This document shows positions 53,310 through 57,336 of a DNA stretch of 57,336 nt, piece by piece. The stretch is from contig NZWD01000040.1 in the NCBI GenBank assembly GCA_002698225.1, forward strand, positions 1 to 57,336, read 5' to 3'. A program made the translations under genes and the position numbers. The stretch comes from Methanobacteriota archaeon (GTDB lineage: Archaea; Thermoplasmatota; Poseidoniia; Poseidoniales; Thalassarchaeaceae). The notes beneath the pieces were generated by a model. That model made no database searches. It saw only the letters and a program-made list of their open reading frames with translations, and was not told the DNA's origin. Numbering within the stretch: the first letter of the stretch is position 1; each line of letters opens with the position of its first letter.

Positions 53310-54494
53310 ATGAGCGAGGATGGTAACGACAGGCCCTCCAGCGTGGCTCCGGGCAGACCCGGTTCGGCAATCTACCCAACCAATCCACTTGGTGAGCAGT
53401 ACGACGGGATAGCTACTGGTCGCGATGTAGAGTGGGAACCTCTAGTTGATTTTCGTAGAATGGATGTCAGCGAGAACACCATACATGGTGCGATTGCTTG
53501 GGCCCATGGGACCGAGATAATCCACTCCTTCGGCGGTAATGTTCTTGTCTATGGACGATCGATGATGAAGCCACTGATGATGAAGACATTTAGGGAGGCT
53601 CTTGAAGAAGAGCAGCTTAGTAGCGAGCAGTTGGCCATATCTTGTTCATCTCATAATGGAGATACCGAACATGTCGCAGCAGCCCAATCGCTTCTCTCGG
53701 AGTCAGAGTGGGGACTGATGCAGTGTCCACTGGATGTTCCACTGATTCAGTTTGGCCGTCAAGTCAGACGCCCTCGCAGATGGTTTCACACCTGCTCAGG
53801 AGAACACGCTGCGATGCTCAAAGCCCTTCGCAGAATGGGAATCAATCGGGCTGGCTACACCTTGCCCAGTTCTCCTTGGTTCCCGATGTACCTAGATGTT
53901 CTCAGGAATATGCTCGGCGATGCGGACTGGGAGCCTCAGAGAGTTGCCAAGGACGGTTGCGGACTCCCCACAGTCTCCAACACTGTCGATGAGTTGGCGG
54001 TGCTGTTTGCAGGTCTGGCCCGCGAGAAGGACGATGATTGGATTTGGGGTGCGATGAATGACCACCCGGACCTGATTGGTGGGTTCAATCGCTTAGACTC
54101 GACCTGTCTGAAAGCGGGTGAAGGCAAGTTGCTCGCAAAGGAAGGGGCTGATGGTCTGCTCGGGCTCTCAATCATCCACCCGGACTGGCCAGAAGGGCTG
54201 GGCATAGTGATCAAGATTGCGCACGGCTGGAACAGCCAGGCTACCTGGTATGTGGCCCGGGCCGTTCTCGGAGTGTTGGGAATCCGCCTTAGGAACCCAT
54301 ATCCTCTGCATAGGCAGAAGGCGTTTATCGTCCCTAGAATCGTTCCTCCAAAGTACCTAGATGATCTAGAGAATGTGGTGACTTGGGATGAATGGGACCC
54401 CAATAGAGACAGGTTCTCTATCGACTGGAAGGAGTACTCTGAGGCGATGACTCGCTCTGATCCATTCTCAAATGAGGGAATGGAGGGTTCCTGA
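53310..54494 (+). CDS. Asparaginase_II (Rhizobium-type asparaginase, PF06089-like) family protein
   Basis: GRSMMKPLMM (S-x-x-K), SCSSHNGDTEHV, HTCSGEHAAML, DGCGLPT. The ATG is 1 nt after the LLM stop. Confidence 0.65.
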   Translation: MSEDGNDRPSSVAPGRPGSAIYPTNPLGEQYDGIATGRDVEWEPLVDFRRMDVSENTIHGAIAWAHGTEIIHSFGGNVLVYGRSMMKPLMMKTFREALEEEQLSSEQLAISCSSHNGDTEHVAAAQSLLSESEWGLMQCPLDVPLIQFGRQVRRPRRWFHTCSGEHAAMLKALRRMGINRAGYTLPSSPWFPMYLDVLRNMLGDADWEPQRVAKDGCGLPTVSNTVDELAVLFAGLAREKDDDWIWGAMNDHPDLIGGFNRLDSTCLKAGEGKLLAKEGADGLLGLSIIHPDWPEGLGIVIKIAHGWNSQATWYVARAVLGVLGIRLRNPYPLHRQKAFIVPRIVPPKYLDDLENVVTWDEWDPNRDRFSIDWKEYSEAMTRSDPFSNEGMEGS

Positions 54495-55999
54495 TGGAAC
54501 CAGAGAAATGTTGCGAGTCGGGATGTATTCCCTGCGAGCGTGATCCTGATGGCAAGGAACCAATCGATTTGTGCAACTACATCGGAGGAGAGTTCGTCTG
54601 CCATTCCGGAAACGAGTGGAAGAATGTGCTTGAGCCGGCAACCGGGCATCGCTTCGCCAGAGTACCTCTGTCCACTCCACACGATGTTGATTCTGCCGTC
54701 AAGGCCGCCCGTGCCGCACAGCCTGCTTGGGGGGCTCTGAGTCAGTCCGAGAGGGTTGGTTGGTTGGACCGTATTGCTGATGCCCTCGAAGCCCGCTACG
54801 AGGACATTGCCTCCTTGGAGAGTCGTGACACTGGAAAGCCAATCTCACTTGCCAGAGCGGTCGATGCTCACCGATCTGTCGCCAACTTCCGATTCTTCGC
54901 AGATCTTCTGCGTGAGCAGGAGCAGGAGATTTTCGAGATGCCCGATGCTACCAACTTCGTGGTTCACAAGCCGGTGGGCATAGGAGCCCTAATCACTCCA
55001 TGGAACTTACCACTATACTTACTGTCTTGGAAGGTCGCACCCGCGATAGGGATGGGGAATTGTGTGGTCTGTAAACCCAGTGAACTCACACCGATGACAG
55101 CGAATCTACTGATGCAGGTAATCGATGATGTCGGACTACCGGCCGGAGTGGTAAACCTAGTTCATGGTGACGGAGTTGGAGCGGGGGCGCCCCTAGTTGC
55201 CAACTCGGATATCGATCTAGTCTCCTTTACCGGAGGAACAGACACCGGCGAGAAGGTGGCCGCATCTGCTGCACCCTCATTCAAGAAACTCAGTCTTGAA
55301 CTAGGAGGAAAAAATGCGAGCATTGTGTTTGCTGACTGTGAAATGGATTCGACGGTGGCCGGAGTGGTGAGAGCTGGCTTCCTCAATCAAGGGCAGGTCT
55401 GCCTGTGCGGCTCTCGCGTTCTGGTTGAGGACTCGATCTATGACGAGTTCAGAGACCGTTTCGTCGATGCTGTCGAAGTCATGCGGGTCGGAGATCCATC
55501 GGACGAAGATACTGATCTCGGGGCTCTGATTTCCAGTGAGCATATTGAGAAAGTTCGAGGGTACATCGAGCTTGCCAAGGAGGAAGGGGGGTCCCTACTC
55601 ACAGGAGGATTGCCCTGTGTGCCAACTGGTTTTGAGCATGGCAACTGGATGGCACCAACAGTCATTGAGGGGCTGAGCCCAGACTCACGATGCTCGACTG
55701 AGGAGATCTTCGGGCCCGTCGTGACGCTTCATCGGTTCAGCGGAGAGGACGAGGCCGTGGCAATCGCTAACAACACCCGCTACGGACTTGCAGGCAGCGT
55801 CTGGACCAGCGATCTCGAGCGGGGCAAGAGAGTCTCTGAGGCATTGGAGACTGGTATGGTTTGGGTCAACACATGGCTGCACAGAGATCTACGAGTGCCG
55901 TTTGGTGGAGTCAAGGATAGTGGAATCGGAAGAGAGGGGGGCAGATGGAGTCTGGGCTTCTTCTCTGAGGCCATGAATGTGTGTGTCAAACACGATTGA
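54494..55999 (+). CDS. NAD(P)-dependent aldehyde dehydrogenase with a Cys-rich N-terminal leader
   Basis: NYIGGEFV, ITPWNLPL, ELGGKNASIVF, GQVCLCGSR (catalytic Cys), EEIFGPV. The ATG shares one base with the upstream TGA. The first 36 aa contain 6 Cys. Confidence 0.8.
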   Translation: MEPEKCCESGCIPCERDPDGKEPIDLCNYIGGEFVCHSGNEWKNVLEPATGHRFARVPLSTPHDVDSAVKAARAAQPAWGALSQSERVGWLDRIADALEARYEDIASLESRDTGKPISLARAVDAHRSVANFRFFADLLREQEQEIFEMPDATNFVVHKPVGIGALITPWNLPLYLLSWKVAPAIGMGNCVVCKPSELTPMTANLLMQVIDDVGLPAGVVNLVHGDGVGAGAPLVANSDIDLVSFTGGTDTGEKVAASAAPSFKKLSLELGGKNASIVFADCEMDSTVAGVVRAGFLNQGQVCLCGSRVLVEDSIYDEFRDRFVDAVEVMRVGDPSDEDTDLGALISSEHIEKVRGYIELAKEEGGSLLTGGLPCVPTGFEHGNWMAPTVIEGLSPDSRCSTEEIFGPVVTLHRFSGEDEAVAIANNTRYGLAGSVWTSDLERGKRVSEALETGMVWVNTWLHRDLRVPFGGVKDSGIGREGGRWSLGFFSEAMNVCVKHD

Positions 56000-56042
56000 C
56001 TCAGCAACAGTCAAAGTCCGCTCTAGGCCGAGCGGAGACAAT

Positions 56043-57023
56043 ATGCCACCTGCAGGCATCGTGGGACTTGGGGCTTATGTCCCCCCCAATGTGATGACCA
56101 ATCATGACTGGGCTGAGATAGTCGAAACCAGTGACGAGTGGATTACCACGAAGACGGGGATTAAGGAGCGTAGAATCGCTGCAGAAGATGTTTGCACCAG
56201 TGACCTCGCTGTGATGGCCTGCAAGCAGGCCATGGATGATGCTGGTATCTCTCCTGAGGATGTTGACATGCTAATCCTCGCCACCTCTTCGCCCGATGTT
56301 CCTCTCTCTTCTACAGCAGGTATCGCGCAACACAAGTTGGGCTGCACCAATGCTGCCGCCTTCGATGTGAATGCGGTGTGCGCCGGCTGGGTGCACGCCC
56401 TCGACATAGGGGCGCGCTTCGTCGGCACCCCAGGATACGACAATGTGCTGGTCGTGGGTGCCGAGGTCTACAGCCGTATTCTCAACTGGGAGGATCGTAC
56501 CACATGCGTCCTCTTCGGCGACGGCGCCGGGGCAGCCGTCCTTCAGCAAGTAGGCGAGGGCAGGGGCCTACTAGGCAGTTGGATGATGTCCGACGGCGCC
56601 GGCGCTGGTGTCATCGAGATTCCGGCGGGTGGGGTCAGGAAGCCAATTCCATCCCCGGGATTCGAGGACGGCGACCAGTACTTCCACATGGATGGACCAG
56701 CGGTATGGGACTTCGCAACCGAAGCCTTTCCGCAAGCGGTCAGGGCTGTTCTCGACAGAACTGATAACTCGCTGGAAGATGTTTCGATGATTATCCCTCA
56801 TCAGGCCAACATCAACATCATCAAGACTGGGATGGAAAAGCTTGGCCTGCCGATGACAAAGACATTTACCAATCTACACAAGTATGGCAACACCGCTGGA
56901 GCCAGTGTGCCAATCGCCATGCGCGAGGCGATGGATGAGGGACTGATTGGAGAAGGTGACTTGGTAATCACCGCCGCCTTCGGTGGTGGCTTGGCATGGG
57001 GTGCTAACGCATTCATTCTGTGA
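56043..57023 (+). CDS. beta-ketoacyl synthase III (FabH-like thiolase-fold condensing enzyme)
   Basis: From the ATG at 56043 (GGAG upstream): MPPAGIVGLGAYVP, DVNAVCAGWVHAL (Cys), IPHQANINII (His), YGNTAGASVP (Asn), FGGGLAWG. Confidence 0.8.
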   Translation: MPPAGIVGLGAYVPPNVMTNHDWAEIVETSDEWITTKTGIKERRIAAEDVCTSDLAVMACKQAMDDAGISPEDVDMLILATSSPDVPLSSTAGIAQHKLGCTNAAAFDVNAVCAGWVHALDIGARFVGTPGYDNVLVVGAEVYSRILNWEDRTTCVLFGDGAGAAVLQQVGEGRGLLGSWMMSDGAGAGVIEIPAGGVRKPIPSPGFEDGDQYFHMDGPAVWDFATEAFPQAVRAVLDRTDNSLEDVSMIIPHQANINIIKTGMEKLGLPMTKTFTNLHKYGNTAGASVPIAMREAMDEGLIGEGDLVITAAFGGGLAWGANAFIL

Positions 57024-57027
57024 GCAT

Positions 57028-57336
57028 CTACTCAAGGGGAACCCAAGTCCCAGAAGCGACATCGAAGGTCAGGATGCTACCGTCTGGATTCTGTGCATAC
57101 ACAGTCCCGGTGTCGTCAATCCAGACGAGTTGTCCTTGCTCATTCAACTTGGCATCAGGAGGGGGGTTGGGCCTCTGAAGATCCGACTCTAGTTCATCTA
57201 GGAATTGGCTAGTGTCCATCTCCTGCTCGATTATTGGTGCAGGTTCTATTACAGCCTCTGATTGCACTTCGGGTTGATTAGACAAAACTCCACTCTGGTT
57301 CTGTTCCGGGGCATATATGCTCTCGGAATCTCCCTT
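57028..57336 (-). CDS. hypothetical protein, C-terminal part (ORF open to the window edge)
   Basis: My hand translation of 57286-57336 in the same frame has no stop (KGDSESIYAPEQNQSGV...), so the TTG at 57285 is probably internal. The C-terminus is GQLVWIDDTGTVYAQNPDGSILTFDVASGTWVPLE. Confidence 0.4.
   Translation of the reverse strand, partial: KGDSESIYAPEQNQSGVLSNQPEVQSEAVIEPAPIIEQEMDTSQFLDELESDLQRPNPPPDAKLNEQGQLVWIDDTGTVYAQNPDGSILTFDVASGTWVPLE

Noticed and set aside
52061-55999. Lux-like bioluminescence system (luciferase-like monooxygenase plus an aldehyde-handling enzyme).
   Set aside because: Only the generic LLM fold is shared. There are no LuxC, LuxD or LuxE-type reductase, transferase or synthetase genes, no LuxB paralogue, and the ALDH is an oxidising NAD(P) type. 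The similarity is at superfamily level only.
1-57336. CRISPR arrays, rRNA genes, transposases/IS elements, prophage genes, toxin-antitoxin pairs.
   Set aside because: The longest non-coding gaps are ~120 nt, and none contains spaced direct repeats. I found no ORF with transposase, integrase, capsid or terminase motifs and no typical small TA gene pairs.

Overview
Gene-dense (~90% coding) chromosomal segment from an archaeon. The archaeal assignment rests on eL37, eL42 (L44e), eS27, eL40, aIF2-alpha, Nop10, a PAC2 proteasome chaperone, membrane-anchored LonB and an archaeal-type TyrRS. The informational genes sit beside many bacterial-looking metabolic genes: two acyl-CoA dehydrogenases with EtfAB, long-form HMG-CoA synthase, a class II CCA-adding enzyme, a FabH-like KAS III and PurA/PurF. 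My guess from gene content alone is a streamlined heterotrophic planktonic Thermoplasmatota such as Marine Group II/III; this was not checked against any database. I call 58 CDS, including one open at the right edge. Two of them are absent or masked in the supplied ORF track: a 51-aa L40e and a 66-aa ThiS/SAMP-like ubiquitin-fold protein. There are also 3 tRNA genes: Val-UAC, Ser-CGA and Val-CAC. I found no rRNA, CRISPR array, transposase, integrase or prophage signature. Intergenic space is minimal, and several convergent gene pairs abut or overlap at their stop codons. Nothing here is clearly a new system. The two strongest candidates are: (1) a minus-strand string of pdxT, a radical SAM enzyme, and a Cas4/RecB-type Fe-S nuclease fused to two OB folds (20479-24214), with an ATGA overlap at the first junction and a possible TTGA overlap at the second; (2) a tightly packed six-gene enzymatic operon (50511-57023) encoding a formyltransferase, an atypical SDR, a luciferase-like monooxygenase, an Asparaginase_II-family protein, an ALDH with a Cys-rich leader and KAS III, whose pathway I cannot assign. 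Secondary oddities include a class II CCA enzyme in an archaeon, a GcvH-like protein lacking the lipoyl lysine, a PiT::DUF47 fusion beside an AbrB-PhoU gene, a thioredoxin::CcdA fusion, a giant WCGPC-containing surface protein, a PGF-CTERM-like halocyanin and an L44e that has lost its zinc ligands. All family assignments come from reading motifs by eye; no searches were run.
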